Shown here: positions 24,215 to 35,723 of the stretch, piece after piece
Numbering within the stretch: the stretch's first letter is position 1
How the letters are laid out: every line of letters starts with the position of its first letter
Assembly: GCF_016026235.1 (NCBI RefSeq)
Contig: NZ_CP065613.1
DNA length: 64,000 nucleotides
Source of the DNA: Escherichia coli
GTDB lineage: Bacteria; Pseudomonadota; Gammaproteobacteria; Enterobacterales; Enterobacteriaceae
Direction: 5' to 3' (one strand)
The notes under the pieces: model-generated
Told to the model about the DNA's origin: nothing
Seen by the model: only the letters and a program-made list of their open reading frames with translations
Databases searched by the model: none
Position numbers and translations under genes: made by a program

Positions 24215-25096
24215 ATGAAAGGTATTATCCTGGCGGGCGGTTCCGGCACCCGATTGCATCCGATTACGCGCGGCGTATCGAAGCAACTGTTGCCGATTTA
24301 CGATAAGCCAATGATTTACTATCCGCTGTCGGTGCTGATGTTGGCCGGTATCCGCGAAATTCTCATCATCACTACGCCGGAAGATAAAGGTTATTTCCAG
24401 CGCCTGCTGGGCGATGGTAGTGAGTTCGGTATCCAGCTGGAATACGCCGAACAGCCCAGCCCGGACGGTCTGGCGCAGGCCTTTATCATCGGTGAAACCT
24501 TCCTCAACGGTGAACCTTCTTGTCTGGTGCTGGGCGATAACATCTTCTTCGGTCAGGGCTTCAGTCCGAAGCTGCGTCATGTTGCGGCGCGCACGGAAGG
24601 GGCGACGGTATTTGGCTATCAGGTGATGGACCCGGAACGCTTTGGCGTGGTGGAGTTTGACGACAATTTCCGCGCTATCTCGCTGGAAGAAAAGCCAAAA
24701 CAGCCGAAGTCAAACTGGGCGGTGACCGGGCTTTATTTCTACGACAGTAAAGTCGTGGAGTACGCAAAGCAGGTGAAGCCGTCGGAGCGTGGTGAACTGG
24801 AGATTACCTCCATCAACCAGATGTACCTCGAGGCGGGCAACCTGACCGTTGAACTGCTCGGGCGCGGATTTGCCTGGCTGGACACTGGCACTCACGACAG
24901 CCTGATTGAAGCCAGTACCTTTGTGCAGACAGTAGAAAAACGCCAGGGCTTTAAGATTGCCTGCCTGGAAGAGATCGCCTGGCGTAACGGCTGGCTCGAT
25001 GACGAGGGTGTGAAGCGTGCTGCCAGTTCATTAGCGAAAACTGGCTACGGCCAATATCTGCTGGAGTTACTTCGTGCCCGTCCGCGCCAGTATTGA
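24215..25096 (+). CDS. rffH: glucose-1-phosphate thymidylyltransferase
   Basis: 293-aa [21 protein letters not shown]... Confidence 0.95.
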   Translation: MKGIILAGGSGTRLHPITRGVSKQLLPIYDKPMIYYPLSVLMLAGIREILIITTPEDKGYFQRLLGDGSEFGIQLEYAEQPSPDGLAQAFIIGETFLNGEPSCLVLGDNIFFGQGFSPKLRHVAARTEGATVFGYQVMDPERFGVVEFDDNFRAISLEEKPKQPKSNWAVTGLYFYDSKVVEYAKQVKPSERGELEITSINQMYLEAGNLTVELLGRGFAWLDTGTHDSLIEASTFVQTVEKRQGFKIACLEEIAWRNGWLDDEGVKRAASSLAKTGYGQYLLELLRARPRQY

Positions 25097-25748
25097 GCCA
25101 CTAACCTGGGAAAACGCCTTCTTTGGTGTTAACAGCGCCATCGTGCGCATTACGTCTGAAGCACCGCTCCTGACGCCAGACGTGTTAGCGCCGTGGTCAC
25201 GGGTGCAGGCCAAAATTGCGGCATCAAATACGGGTGAACTGGATGCCCTGCAACAGCTGGGATTCTCCCTGGTAGAAGGTGAAGTTGATTTGGCACTACC
25301 CGTGAACAATGTCAGTGATAGTGGTGCTGTAGTGGCACAAGAGACCGATATTCCCGCATTACGTCAGTTAGCCAGCACCGCATTTGCGCAAAGCCGTTTT
25401 CGTGCGCCGTGGTATGCGCCTGACGCCAGCGGACGCTTTTATGCACAGTGGATTGAAAATGCCGTGCGCGGCACCTTTGATCATCAATGTCTGATTTTAC
25501 GTGCGGCGTCCGGCGGTATTCGCGGTTATGTCTCTTTACGGGAACTCAATGCGACAGATGCGCGAATTGGCCTGCTGGCTGGACGCGGTGCAGGTGCTGA
25601 GCTGATGCAAACGGCGCTAAACTGGGCGTATGCTCGCGGTAAAACAACTTTGCGGGTGGCGACCCAAATGGGCAACACCGCCGCGCTTAAACGATACATA
25701 CAAAGTGGTGCGAATGTAGAAAGCACCGCGTACTGGTTATACAGGTGA
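25074..25748 (+). CDS. wecD: dTDP-fucosamine acetyltransferase (GNAT)
   Basis: Track ORF 224 aa starting GTG at 25074, overlapping rffH by 23 nt; [21 protein letters not shown]...; true start may be further downstream. Confidence 0.8.
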   Translation: MPVRASIEPLTWENAFFGVNSAIVRITSEAPLLTPDVLAPWSRVQAKIAASNTGELDALQQLGFSLVEGEVDLALPVNNVSDSGAVVAQETDIPALRQLASTAFAQSRFRAPWYAPDASGRFYAQWIENAVRGTFDHQCLILRAASGGIRGYVSLRELNATDARIGLLAGRGAGAELMQTALNWAYARGKTTLRVATQMGNTAALKRYIQSGANVESTAYWLYR

Positions 25749-25752
25749 TCAC

Positions 25753-26883
25753 ATGATTCCATTTAACGCACCGCCGGTGGTGGGAACCGAACTCGACTAT
25801 ATGCAGTCGGCAATGGGTAGCGGCAAACTGTGTGGCGATGGCGGTTTTACCCGTCGCTGCCAGCAGTGGCTGGAGCAACGTTTTGGCAGCGCCAAAGTGT
25901 TACTGACGCCGTCCTGCACCGCTTCGCTGGAGATGGCGGCGCTGCTGCTCGATATCCAGCCTGGCGATGAAGTGATCATGCCGAGCTACACCTTTGTCTC
26001 CACCGCCAATGCCTTTGTGCTGCGTGGCGCGAAAATCGTCTTTGTGGATGTTCGCCCGGACACCATGAACATCGACGAAACGCTGATTGAAGCGGCGATC
26101 ACCGACAAAACGCGCGTTATCGTGCCGGTCCATTACGCGGGTGTGGCCTGCGAAATGGAGACCATTATGGCGTTGGCGAAAAAGCATAATCTGTTTGTGG
26201 TAGAAGATGCCGCTCAGGGCGTGATGTCCACTTACAAAGGGCGTGCACTGGGAACCATTGGTCATATTGGCTGCTTTAGCTTCCATGAAACCAAAAACTA
26301 CACGGCGGGTGGTGAAGGCGGCGCGACGCTGATTAACGATAAAGCGTTAATCGAACGAGCCGAGATCATCCGTGAAAAGGGCACTAACCGCAGCCAGTTC
26401 TTCCGTGGTCAGGTCGATAAATATACCTGGCGCGATATCGGCTCCAGCTATTTGATGTCCGATCTGCAAGCTGCGTACCTGTGGGCGCAACTGGAAGCAG
26501 CGGATCGTATCAACCAGCAACGTCTGGCGCTGTGGCAAAACTACTACGATGCGTTAGCACCTCTGGCGAAAGCCGGGCGTATCGAGCTGCCGTCGATTCC
26601 CGATGGCTGCTTGCAGAACGCGCATATGTTTTACATTAAACTGCGGGATATTGATGACCGGAGCGCGTTGATTAACTTTCTGAAAGAAGCGGAAATCATG
26701 GCGGTGTTTCATTACATTCCGCTGCACGGTTGCCCTGCGGGGGAACGCTTTGGTGAGTTCCACGGTGAAGATCGCTACACCACCAAAGAGAGCGAGCGCC
26801 TGCTGCGCCTGCCGCTGTTCTACAACCTGTCGCCCGTCAATCAGCGTACGGTAATTGCGACTTTGTTGAACTACTTCTCCTGA
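25753..26883 (+). CDS. wecE: dTDP-4-oxo-6-deoxy-D-glucose aminotransferase
   Basis: 376-aa DegT/aminotransferase-type ORF. Confidence 0.93.
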   Translation: MIPFNAPPVVGTELDYMQSAMGSGKLCGDGGFTRRCQQWLEQRFGSAKVLLTPSCTASLEMAALLLDIQPGDEVIMPSYTFVSTANAFVLRGAKIVFVDVRPDTMNIDETLIEAAITDKTRVIVPVHYAGVACEMETIMALAKKHNLFVVEDAAQGVMSTYKGRALGTIGHIGCFSFHETKNYTAGGEGGATLINDKALIERAEIIREKGTNRSQFFRGQVDKYTWRDIGSSYLMSDLQAAYLWAQLEAADRINQQRLALWQNYYDALAPLAKAGRIELPSIPDGCLQNAHMFYIKLRDIDDRSALINFLKEAEIMAVFHYIPLHGCPAGERFGEFHGEDRYTTKESERLLRLPLFYNLSPVNQRTVIATLLNYFS

Positions 26884-26884
26884 T

Positions 26885-28135
26885 ATGTCGTTGGCAAAAG
26901 CGTCCTTGTGGACGGCGGCCAGTACACTGGTCAAGATTGGTGCCGGGTTACTGGTCGGTAAGTTGCTGGCGGTGTCATTTGGTCCGGCGGGGCTTGGGCT
27001 GGCGGCAAATTTCCGCCAGTTGATTACCGTGCTCGGCGTGCTTGCCGGGGCTGGCATCTTTAACGGTGTAACCAAATACGTTGCCCAGTACCATGATAAT
27101 CCCCAACAGCTGCGCCGCGTGGTCGGCACTTCATCAGCGATGGTACTTGGCTTCTCTACGCTGATGGCGCTGGTTTTTGTGCTGGCAGCTGCGCCAATCA
27201 GCCAGGGATTGTTTGGTAATACCGACTATCAGGGGCTGGTGCGTTTAGTGGCGCTGGTGCAAATGGGGATCGCCTGGGGCAACCTGTTACTGGCGCTGAT
27301 GAAAGGCTTTCGCGATGCCGCAGGTAATGCGTTATCGCTGATTGTCGGCAGCTTGATTGGCGTTCTCGCGTACTACGTCAGTTACCGTTTGGGCGGTTAT
27401 GAAGGGGCGTTGCTGGGTCTGGCGCTGATTCCCGCGCTGGTGGTAATCCCTGCCGCCATCATGTTGATCAAACGTGGTGTCATCCCGTTAAGCTATCTGA
27501 AACCCAGCTGGGATAACGGTCTGGCAGGGCAGTTGAGCAAATTTACGCTCATGGCGTTGATTACGTCGGTGACCTTGCCTGTTGCTTACATCATGATGCG
27601 TAAACTGCTGGCGGCGCAGTATAGCTGGGATGAAGTGGGGATCTGGCAAGGGGTGAGCAGTATTTCCGATGCCTACCTGCAATTTATTACGGCATCGTTC
27701 AGCGTATATTTGCTGCCCACGTTGTCGCGGCTAACGGAAAAGCGCGATATCACCCGGGAAGTGGTTAAATCGCTAAAATTCGTCTTACCGGCAGTGGCGG
27801 CGGCGAGTTTTACCGTCTGGTTGCTGCGTGATTTTGCTATCTGGTTGCTGTTGTCGAATAAATTTACCGCTATGCGCGATCTCTTTGCCTGGCAGTTAGT
27901 GGGTGATGTGTTAAAAGTGGGCGCTTATGTCTTTGGTTATCTGGTGATCGCCAAAGCGTCACTGCGGTTTTATATTCTGGCGGAAGTCAGCCAGTTCACT
28001 TTATTGATGGTATTTGCCCACTGGCTAATCCCTGCGCATGGTGCACTGGGCGCGGCGCAGGCATATATGGCAACTTATATCGTCTATTTTTCTCTTTGTT
28101 GTGGCGTGTTTTTACTCTGGCGTAGGCGGGCATGA
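26885..28135 (+). CDS. wzxE: ECA lipid III flippase
   Basis: 416-aa polytopic membrane ORF; cluster position. Confidence 0.9.
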   Translation: MSLAKASLWTAASTLVKIGAGLLVGKLLAVSFGPAGLGLAANFRQLITVLGVLAGAGIFNGVTKYVAQYHDNPQQLRRVVGTSSAMVLGFSTLMALVFVLAAAPISQGLFGNTDYQGLVRLVALVQMGIAWGNLLLALMKGFRDAAGNALSLIVGSLIGVLAYYVSYRLGGYEGALLGLALIPALVVIPAAIMLIKRGVIPLSYLKPSWDNGLAGQLSKFTLMALITSVTLPVAYIMMRKLLAAQYSWDEVGIWQGVSSISDAYLQFITASFSVYLLPTLSRLTEKRDITREVVKSLKFVLPAVAAASFTVWLLRDFAIWLLLSNKFTAMRDLFAWQLVGDVLKVGAYVFGYLVIAKASLRFYILAEVSQFTLLMVFAHWLIPAHGALGAAQAYMATYIVYFSLCCGVFLLWRRRA

Positions 28136-29211
28136 CTGTACTGATTCACGTACTGGGATCGGATATCCCTCACCATAACCGAACCGTTTTGCGGTTTTTC
28201 AATGACGCGCTGGCCGCGACGAGCGAGCACGCGCGCGAGTTTATGGTTGTTGGCAAGGACGACGGCTTAAGTGATAGCTGTCCGGCGCTTTCTGTGCAAT
28301 TTTTCCCTGGGAAAAAATCGCTGGCGGAAGCGGTCATCGCGAAAGCAAAAGCTAACCGTCAGCAGCGTTTTTTCTTCCACGGTCAGTTCAATCCCACACT
28401 GTGGCTGGCTCTGCTGAGTGGTGGCATTAAGCCCAGCCAGTTTTTCTGGCATATCTGGGGGGCAGACCTGTATGAGCTTTCCAGTGGCTTGAGATATAAG
28501 CTTTTTTACCCACTACGTCGCCTGGCGCAAAAGCGAGTCGGCTGTGTATTTGCCACCCGCGGCGATTTGAGCTTTTTTGCCAAAACGCATCCAAAGGTGC
28601 GGGGCGAACTGCTGTACTTCCCGACGCGGATGGACCCTTCTCTCAATACGATGGCGAACGATCGGCAACGTGAAGGGAAAATGACCATTCTGGTGGGGAA
28701 CTCCGGTGACCGCAGCAATGACCATATTGCTGCCTTGTGCGCCGTTCATCAGCAATTTGGCGATACGGTAAAAGTGGTGGTGCCGATGGGATATCCGCCT
28801 AATAACGAAGCGTACATTGAGGAAGTTCGTCAGGCGGGGCTGGAGTTATTCAGCGAAGAAAATCTGCAAATTTTGAGCGAAAAACTGGAATTTGACGCCT
28901 ATCTGGCGCTACTTCGTCAGTGCGATCTTGGTTACTTTATTTTTGCCCGCCAGCAGGGCATTGGTACGCTTTGCTTACTGATTCAGGCGGGCATTCCTTG
29001 TGTGCTTAACCGGGAAAATCCGTTCTGGCAGGATATGACGGAACAGCATTTGCCGGTGCTGTTTACTACCGACGATCTCAACGAGGATATTGTGCGTGAA
29101 GCGCAGCGCCAGTTGGCGTCGGTGGATAAAAACACCATTGCCTTCTTTAGCCCTAACTATCTACAAGGCTGGCAGCGGGCGTTGGCGATTGCCGCCGGGG
29201 AGGTCGCATGA
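28132..29211 (+). CDS. wecF: TDP-Fuc4NAc:lipid II Fuc4NAc transferase
   Basis: 359-aa ORF overlapping wzxE stop; cluster position. Confidence 0.9.
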   Translation: MTVLIHVLGSDIPHHNRTVLRFFNDALAATSEHAREFMVVGKDDGLSDSCPALSVQFFPGKKSLAEAVIAKAKANRQQRFFFHGQFNPTLWLALLSGGIKPSQFFWHIWGADLYELSSGLRYKLFYPLRRLAQKRVGCVFATRGDLSFFAKTHPKVRGELLYFPTRMDPSLNTMANDRQREGKMTILVGNSGDRSNDHIAALCAVHQQFGDTVKVVVPMGYPPNNEAYIEEVRQAGLELFSEENLQILSEKLEFDAYLALLRQCDLGYFIFARQQGIGTLCLLIQAGIPCVLNRENPFWQDMTEQHLPVLFTTDDLNEDIVREAQRQLASVDKNTIAFFSPNYLQGWQRALAIAAGEVA

Positions 29212-30560
29212 GTCTGCTGCAATTCAGTGGCCTGTTTGTTGTCTGGCTGCTCTGCACGCTGTTTATTGCCACGCTGACCTGGTTTGAGTTTCGCCGTGTG
29301 CGCTTTAACTTCAATGTCTTCTTTTCATTGCTGTTTTTGCTCACCTTTTTCTTCGGCTTCCCGCTGACCAGCATGCTGGTATTTCGCTTTGATGTTGGTG
29401 TCGCGCCGCCAGAAATCTTGTTGCAGGCGTTGCTTTCTGCGGGCTGCTTCTACGCGGTTTACTATGTCACCTACAAAACCCGCCTACGCAAACGCGTTGC
29501 TGATGTACCGCGCCGTCCGCTGTTTACCATGAACCGCGTGGAGACCAATCTTACGTGGGTGATCCTGATGGGCATCGCGCTGGTAAGCGTCGGCATCTTC
29601 TTCATGCACAACGGCTTTTTGCTGTTCCGGCTTAACTCCTACAGTCAGATCTTCTCCAGTGAAGTCTCCGGCGTGGCGTTAAAACGCTTCTTTTACTTTT
29701 TCATCCCGGCGATGCTGGTGGTCTACTTTCTGCGCCAGGATAGCAAAGCGTGGCTGTTTTTCCTCGTCAGCACGGTCGCCTTTGGCTTGCTGACTTATAT
29801 GATTGTCGGCGGCACTCGCGCCAATATCATCATCGCATTCGCTATCTTCCTGTTTATTGGCATTATTCGCGGCTGGATTTCGTTGTGGATGCTGGCGGCG
29901 GCGGGCGTGCTGGGGATTGTGGGCATGTTCTGGCTGGCGCTAAAACGCTATGGAATGAATGTGAGCGGCGATGAAGCGTTCTATACGTTTCTCTATCTCA
30001 CTCGCGACACCTTCTCGCCGTGGGAGAATCTGGCGTTGCTGTTGCAGAACTACGACAACATCGACTTCCAGGGCCTGGCTCCAATTGTCCGCGATTTCTA
30101 TGTCTTTATCCCTTCCTGGCTGTGGCCGGGTCGCCCGAGTATGGTGCTGAACTCAGCCAACTACTTTACCTGGGAAGTGCTGAATAACCACTCCGGACTG
30201 GCGATCTCGCCTACGCTTATAGGCTCACTGGTGGTGATGGGCGGCGCGTTGTTCATCCCGCTCGGGGCGATCGTGGTTGGTCTGATCATCAAATGGTTCG
30301 ACTGGCTGTATGAGCTGGGCAACCGCGAGCCTAATCGCTATAAGGCTGCGATATTGCACAGTTTCTGCTTTGGGGCGATCTTCAATATGATCGTGCTGGC
30401 ACGTGAAGGGCTGGATTCGTTTGTTTCACGCGTAGTCTTTTTTATCGTGGTCTTCGGCGCATGTCTGATGATCGCAAAACTGTTGTACTGGCTTTTTGAA
30501 AGCGCCGGACTCATTCATAAACGTACAAAATCATCGCTCCGGACGCAGGTTGAAGGATAA
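29208..30560 (+). CDS. wzyE: ECA polymerase
   Basis: 450-aa polytopic membrane ORF; cluster position. Confidence 0.9.
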
Positions 30561-30562
30561 CA

Positions 30563-31303
30563 ATGAATAACAACACCACGGCACCGACCTATACGCTGCG
30601 TGGCTTACAGTTGATTGGTTGGCGTGATATGCAGCACGCCCTCGATTATCTGTTTGCTGACGGGCAGCTTAAGCAGGGAACGCTGGTTGCCATTAATGCC
30701 GAAAAAATGCTGACCATTGAAGATAACGCCGAGGTCAGGGAGTTAATTAACGCTGCCGAATTTAAATATGCGGATGGCATTAGCGTTGTACGTTCAGTAC
30801 GTAAAAAGTACCCGCAGGCGCAGGTTTCCCGCGTTGCCGGTGCCGATCTCTGGGAAGAGCTGATGGCGCGCGCAGGCAAAGAAGGGACGCCGGTATTTCT
30901 TGTGGGCGGTAAACCTGAAGTGCTGGCGCAAACTGAAGCTAAACTGCGCAACCAATGGAATGTGAATATCGTTGGCAGTCAGGATGGTTATTTTAAACCC
31001 GAGCAGCGTCAGGCGCTGTTTGAACGCATTCATGCCAGCGGAGCGCAAATCGTCACCGTTGCGATGGGATCGCCAAAGCAGGAGATCTTCATGCGCGACT
31101 GCCGTCTGGTGCATCCAGATGCGCTGTATATGGGCGTTGGCGGGACTTACGATGTTTTCACCGGTCACGTAAAACGCGCACCGAAAATCTGGCAAACGCT
31201 GGGACTGGAGTGGCTCTACCGCCTGCTTTCGCAGCCGAGCCGCATTAAGCGTCAGCTTCGTTTGCTGCGTTATTTACGCTGGCACTACACCGGCAACCTC
31301 TGA
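30563..31303 (+). CDS. wecG: UDP-ManNAcA transferase
   Basis: 246-aa ORF; last gene of ECA cluster. Confidence 0.9.
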
Positions 31304-31493
31304 TTTTCCTCTCTTTGTAAAGCGACGGAGTGGTCACTCCGTCGCCTGTCTGCTTTTTTATTACACAAAGCATTCAAATTTTTAATGCTTTATTTGCCAT
31401 TTCTCCTGAATTACGAAAACATTCGCAACACTCGATGTACCCATAACGATAACCGGTAACACCGGAAAGCATGCAAACACAACACGAGGATTT

Positions 31494-32879
31494 ATGGCAG
31501 ATAACAAACCAGAGCTACAGCGTGGGCTGGAAGCTCGACATATCGAACTCATCGCCCTGGGGGGCACCATTGGCGTCGGCCTGTTTATGGGGGCCGCCAG
31601 TACCTTGAAATGGGCCGGGCCATCCGTATTGTTGGCCTATATCATCGCCGGGCTATTCGTCTTTTTCATCATGCGTTCAATGGGCGAAATGTTGTTCCTC
31701 GAACCGGTTACCGGTTCGTTCGCCGTTTATGCGCATCGTTATATGAGCCCGTTCTTTGGTTATCTCACCGCCTGGTCTTATTGGTTTATGTGGATGGCGG
31801 TGGGGATCTCAGAAATCACCGCCATTGGCGTTTATGTCCAGTTCTGGTTCCCGGAGATGGCGCAGTGGATACCCGCATTGATCGCAGTGGCGCTGGTGGC
31901 GTTGGCGAATCTGGCGGCGGTGCGGTTGTACGGCGAAATCGAGTTCTGGTTCGCGATGATCAAAGTCACCACGATTATCGTGATGATTGTCATTGGCCTG
32001 GGCGTGATTTTCTTTGGCTTTGGCAATGGCGGGCAGTCGATTGGTTTTAGCAATCTCACAGAGCATGGCGGTTTCTTTGCGGGTGGCTGGAAAGGGTTCC
32101 TGACCGCGCTGTGTATTGTGGTGGCGTCCTACCAGGGCGTGGAGCTGATTGGCATTACTGCCGGTGAAGCGAAGAATCCGCAGGTGACGCTGCGCAGTGC
32201 CGTAGGCAAAGTGCTGTGGCGGATCCTGATTTTCTACGTAGGCGCGATTTTCGTTATCGTCACCATCTTCCCGTGGAATGAAATTGGCAGCAACGGCAGC
32301 CCGTTCGTACTGACTTTTGCCAAAATCGGTATTACCGCAGCGGCGGGCATTATCAACTTTGTGGTGCTGACGGCTGCGCTCTCTGGCTGTAACAGCGGCA
32401 TGTACAGTTGCGGACGTATGCTCTACGCACTGGCGAAAAACCGTCAGTTACCGGCGGCGATGGCGAAAGTTTCCCGTCACGGCGTACCAGTTGCGGGTGT
32501 GGCAGTATCTATTGCTATTCTGCTAATTGGCTCATGCCTGAACTACATCATTCCCAATCCGCAGCGTGTGTTTGTCTACGTCTACAGTGCCAGCGTGCTT
32601 CCGGGGATGGTGCCATGGTTTGTGATATTGATAAGCCAGCTGCGTTTTCGGCGTGCACATAAAGCGGCGATTGCCAGCCATCCGTTCCGCTCAATCCTGT
32701 TCCCGTGGGCCAACTACGTAACAATGGCATTCCTGATTTGCGTTTTGATCGGCATGTACTTTAATGAAGATACGCGTATGTCGCTGTTTGTTGGCATCAT
32801 CTTTATGCTGGCGGTGACGGCGATTTATAAAGTTTTTGGCCTTAATCGCCACGGGAAAGCGCATAAACTGGAGGAATAA
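31494..32879 (+). CDS. yifK: amino-acid permease (APC family)
   Basis: 461-aa, 12-TM-type [36 protein letters not shown]... Confidence 0.92.
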
Positions 32880-32931
32880 GCAGCAAAACGCACAAACCGT
32901 AACCAAACGCGCAATTTATTTAAAAAGGGAC

Positions 32932-32968
32932 TAGACAGAGGGGTGGGAAGTCCGTATTATCCACCCCC
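32932..32968 (+). promoter_or_regulatory. candidate sigma70 promoter of the tRNA operon
   Basis: TAGACA (32932-32937), 17-bp spacer, TATTAT (32955-32960), then GC-rich discriminator CCACCCCCGC; inferred from sequence only. Confidence 0.5.
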
Positions 32969-32981
32969 GCAACGGCGCTAA

Positions 32982-33058
<77 letters not shown>

Positions 33059-33115
33059 TTTAGTCCCGGCGCTTGAGCTGCGGTGGTAGTAATACCGCGT
33101 AACAAGATTTGTAGT

Positions 33116-33192
33116 GGTGGCTATAGCTCAGTTGGTAGAGCCCTGGATTGTGATTCCAGTTGTCGTGGGTTCGAATCCCATTAGCCACCCCA
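33116..33192 (+). tRNA. hisR: tRNA-His (anticodon GTG)
   Basis: GGTGGCTATAGCTCAGTTGGTAGAGC...TTAGCCACCCCA, including the extra 5' G typical of tRNA-His. Confidence 0.95.
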
Positions 33193-33212
33193 TTATTAGA
33201 AGTTGTGACAAT

Positions 33213-33299
33213 GCGAAGGTGGCGGAATTGGTAGACGCGCTAGCTTCAGGTGTTAGTGTCCTTACGGACGTGGGGGTTCAAGTCCCCCCCCTCGCACCA
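33213..33299 (+). tRNA. leuT: tRNA-Leu (anticodon CAG)
   Basis: 87-nt long-variable-arm tRNA GCGAAGGTGGCGGAATTGGTAGACGCGCTAGCTTCAGG...CTCGCACCA. Confidence 0.95.
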
Positions 33300-33341
33300 C
33301 GACTTTAAAGAATTGAACTAAAAATTCAAAAAGCAGTATTT

Positions 33342-33418
33342 CGGCGAGTAGCGCAGCTTGGTAGCGCAACTGGTTTGGGACCAGTGGGTCGGAGGTTCGA
33401 ATCCTCTCTCGCCGACCA
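33342..33418 (+). tRNA. proM: tRNA-Pro (anticodon TGG)
   Basis: CGGCGAGTAGCGCAGCTTGGTAGCGCAACTGGTTTGGGACCAG...CTCGCCGACCA. Confidence 0.95.
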
Positions 33419-33424
33419 ATTTTG

Positions 33425-33452
33425 AACCCCGCTTCGGCGGGGTTTTTTGTTT
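33425..33452 (+). terminator. tRNA-operon terminator
   Basis: ACCCCGCTTCGGCGGGGT hairpin followed by T-run. Confidence 0.8.
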
Positions 33453-33564
33453 TCTGTGCATTTCGTCACCCTCCCTTCGCAATAAACGCCCGTAATAACT
33501 CATTGCCCCACGGTATGATTTCGCCCTTAACGTATTGAAGGATGACTTCAGGCAAGGAGTGACC

Positions 33565-34800
33565 ATGCTGCAACAGGTTCCAACGCGTGCTTTTCATGTG
33601 ATGGCGAAACCGAGTGGTTCCGATTGTAATCTGAACTGTGACTACTGTTTTTATCTCGAAAAACAATCCCTTTACCGCGAAAAGCCAGTCACGCATATGG
33701 ACGATGACACGCTGGAAGCGTATGTCCGTCACTATATCGCTGCCAGCGAACCGCAAAACGAAGTGGCTTTTACCTGGCAGGGCGGCGAACCAACGTTACT
33801 CGGGCTGGATTTTTACCGCCGTGCCGTAAAGTTACAGGCGAAATACGGTGCTGGCAGGAAGATAAGTAACAGCTTCCAGACTAACGGCGTGCTGCTCGAT
33901 GATAAATGGTGTGCATTTCTGGCAGAAAATCATTTTCTTGTTGGGTTATCGCTGGACGGTCCGGCTGAGATCCACAATCAATATCGCGTGACCAAAGGTG
34001 GCAGACCAACGCATAAGCTGGTGATGCGTGCCCTGACGCTGCTGCAAAAACATCATGTCGACTATAACGTGCTGGTCTGCGTCAACCGCACCAGCGCGCA
34101 GCAACCGTTGCAGGTTTATGATTTTTTGTGCGATGCGGGAGTCGAATTCATCCAGTTTATTCCGGTGGTCGAGCGCCTGGCTGATGAAACAGCTGCCAGC
34201 GATGGACTGAAACTACATGCGCCTGGTGATATTCAGGGGGAACTGACGGAATGGTCGGTGCGCCCCGATGAATTTGGTGAATTTCTGGTGGCGATATTCG
34301 ACCACTGGATCAAACGCGACGTCGGCAAGATTTTCGTGATGAATATCGAATGGGCGTTTGCCAATTTTGTCGGTGCGCCGGGTGCGGTTTGCCATCATCA
34401 GCCAACCTGTGGGCGCTCGGTGATTGTTGAGCACAACGGCGACGTTTACGCCTGCGATCACTATGTTTATCCGCAATATCGGCTGGGGAATATGCATCAG
34501 CAAACAATTGCAGAAATGATCGATTCCCCGCAACAGCAGGTGTTTGGTGAAGATAAATTTAAGCAATTACCGGCGCAGTGTCGCAGTTGTAACGTGTTAA
34601 AAGCGTGCTGGGGAGGCTGCCCGAAACACCGCTTCATGCTCGATGCCAGCGGCAAACCGGGGCTGAATTATTTGTGTGCCGGGTATCAGCGTTATTTCCG
34701 CCATCTACCGCCATATCTTAAAGCAATGGCTGATTTGCTGGCGCACGGTCGCCCGGCCAGTGACATTATGCAGGCACATTTGCTGGTGGTGAATAAGTAA
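33565..34800 (+). CDS. aslB: anaerobic sulfatase-maturating enzyme homolog (radical SAM)
   Basis: ATG at 33565 inside track ORF; MLQQVPTRAFHVMAKPSGSDCNLNCDYCFY (CxxxCxxC radical-SAM motif). Confidence 0.92.
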   Translation: MLQQVPTRAFHVMAKPSGSDCNLNCDYCFYLEKQSLYREKPVTHMDDDTLEAYVRHYIAASEPQNEVAFTWQGGEPTLLGLDFYRRAVKLQAKYGAGRKISNSFQTNGVLLDDKWCAFLAENHFLVGLSLDGPAEIHNQYRVTKGGRPTHKLVMRALTLLQKHHVDYNVLVCVNRTSAQQPLQVYDFLCDAGVEFIQFIPVVERLADETAASDGLKLHAPGDIQGELTEWSVRPDEFGEFLVAIFDHWIKRDVGKIFVMNIEWAFANFVGAPGAVCHHQPTCGRSVIVEHNGDVYACDHYVYPQYRLGNMHQQTIAEMIDSPQQQVFGEDKFKQLPAQCRSCNVLKACWGGCPKHRFMLDASGKPGLNYLCAGYQRYFRHLPPYLKAMADLLAHGRPASDIMQAHLLVVNK

Positions 34801-34835
34801 AAAAGCGGCCATTTTGTGGCCGCCTGCGGTTGATT

Positions 34836-34870
<35 letters not shown>

Positions 34871-34883
34871 TGATCGTGCAAAT

Positions 34884-35045
34884 TCAATAAATTGCAGCGT
34901 TCTGTGGATACTGGTTTGGGTGATCGTATCCGGCAAAGCCTTTGCGTGCGGTGGCAGTTGACGGGGTATCTGCTGCGCTGGCCATGAGAGGAAGAGCGGC
35001 GGCGACAGCAACAACAAGAAGTTTGGGTGAAAACGAAAATTCCAT
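34884..35045 (-). pseudogene. aslA: arylsulfatase aslA 5' remnant (53 codons; signal-peptide region only)
   Basis: Minus-strand ATG at 35045 reads [53 protein letters not shown] then stops inside the REP-linked motif; only ~240 bp separate it from aslB, where a ~1.65-kb gene is expected by synteny. Confidence 0.6.
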
Positions 35046-35468
35046 GCAAAATGCTCCGGTTTCATGTCATCAAAATGATGACGTAATTAAGCATTGATAA
35101 TTGAGATCCCTCTCCCTGACAGGATGATTACATAAATAATAGTGACAAAAATAAATTATTTATTTATCCAGAAAATGAATTGGAAAATCAGGAGAGCGTT
35201 TTCAATCCTACCTCTGGCGCAGTTGATATGTAAGGCAGGTTTATTATATCGCGTTGATTATTGATGCTTTTTTTAGTTTTAACGGCAATTAATATATGTG
35301 TTATTAATTGAATGAATTTTATCATTCATAATAAGTATGTGTAGGATCAAGCTCAGGTTAAATATTCACTCAGGAAGTTATTACTCAGGAAGCAAAGAGG
35401 ATTACAGAATTATCTCATAACAAGTGTTAAGGGATGTTATTTCCCGATTCTCTGTGGCATAATAAACG

Positions 35469-35676
35469 GGTAGATGCTCATTCCATCTCTTATGTTCGCC
35501 TTAGTGCCTCATAAACTCCGGAATGACGCAGAGCCGTTTACGGTGCTTATCGTCCACTGACAGATGTCGCTTATGCCTCATCAGACACCATGGACACAAC
35601 GTTGAGTGAAGCACCCACTTGTTGTCATACAGACCTGTTTTAACGCCTGCTCCGTAATAAGAGCAGGCGTTTTTTT
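35469..35676 (+). ncRNA. glmZ: GlmZ small RNA (activator of glmS translation)
   Basis: GTAGATGCTCATTCCATCTCTTATGTTCGCC... through terminator hairpin GCCTGCTCCGTAATAAGAGCAGGCG + T7; matches recalled GlmZ sequence and its position upstream of hemY. Confidence 0.85.
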
Positions 35677-35723
35677 ATGCATCAGAAAGGTCCCGGAGGT
35701 GCTTGCCTCCGGGTGAGAAGGAA

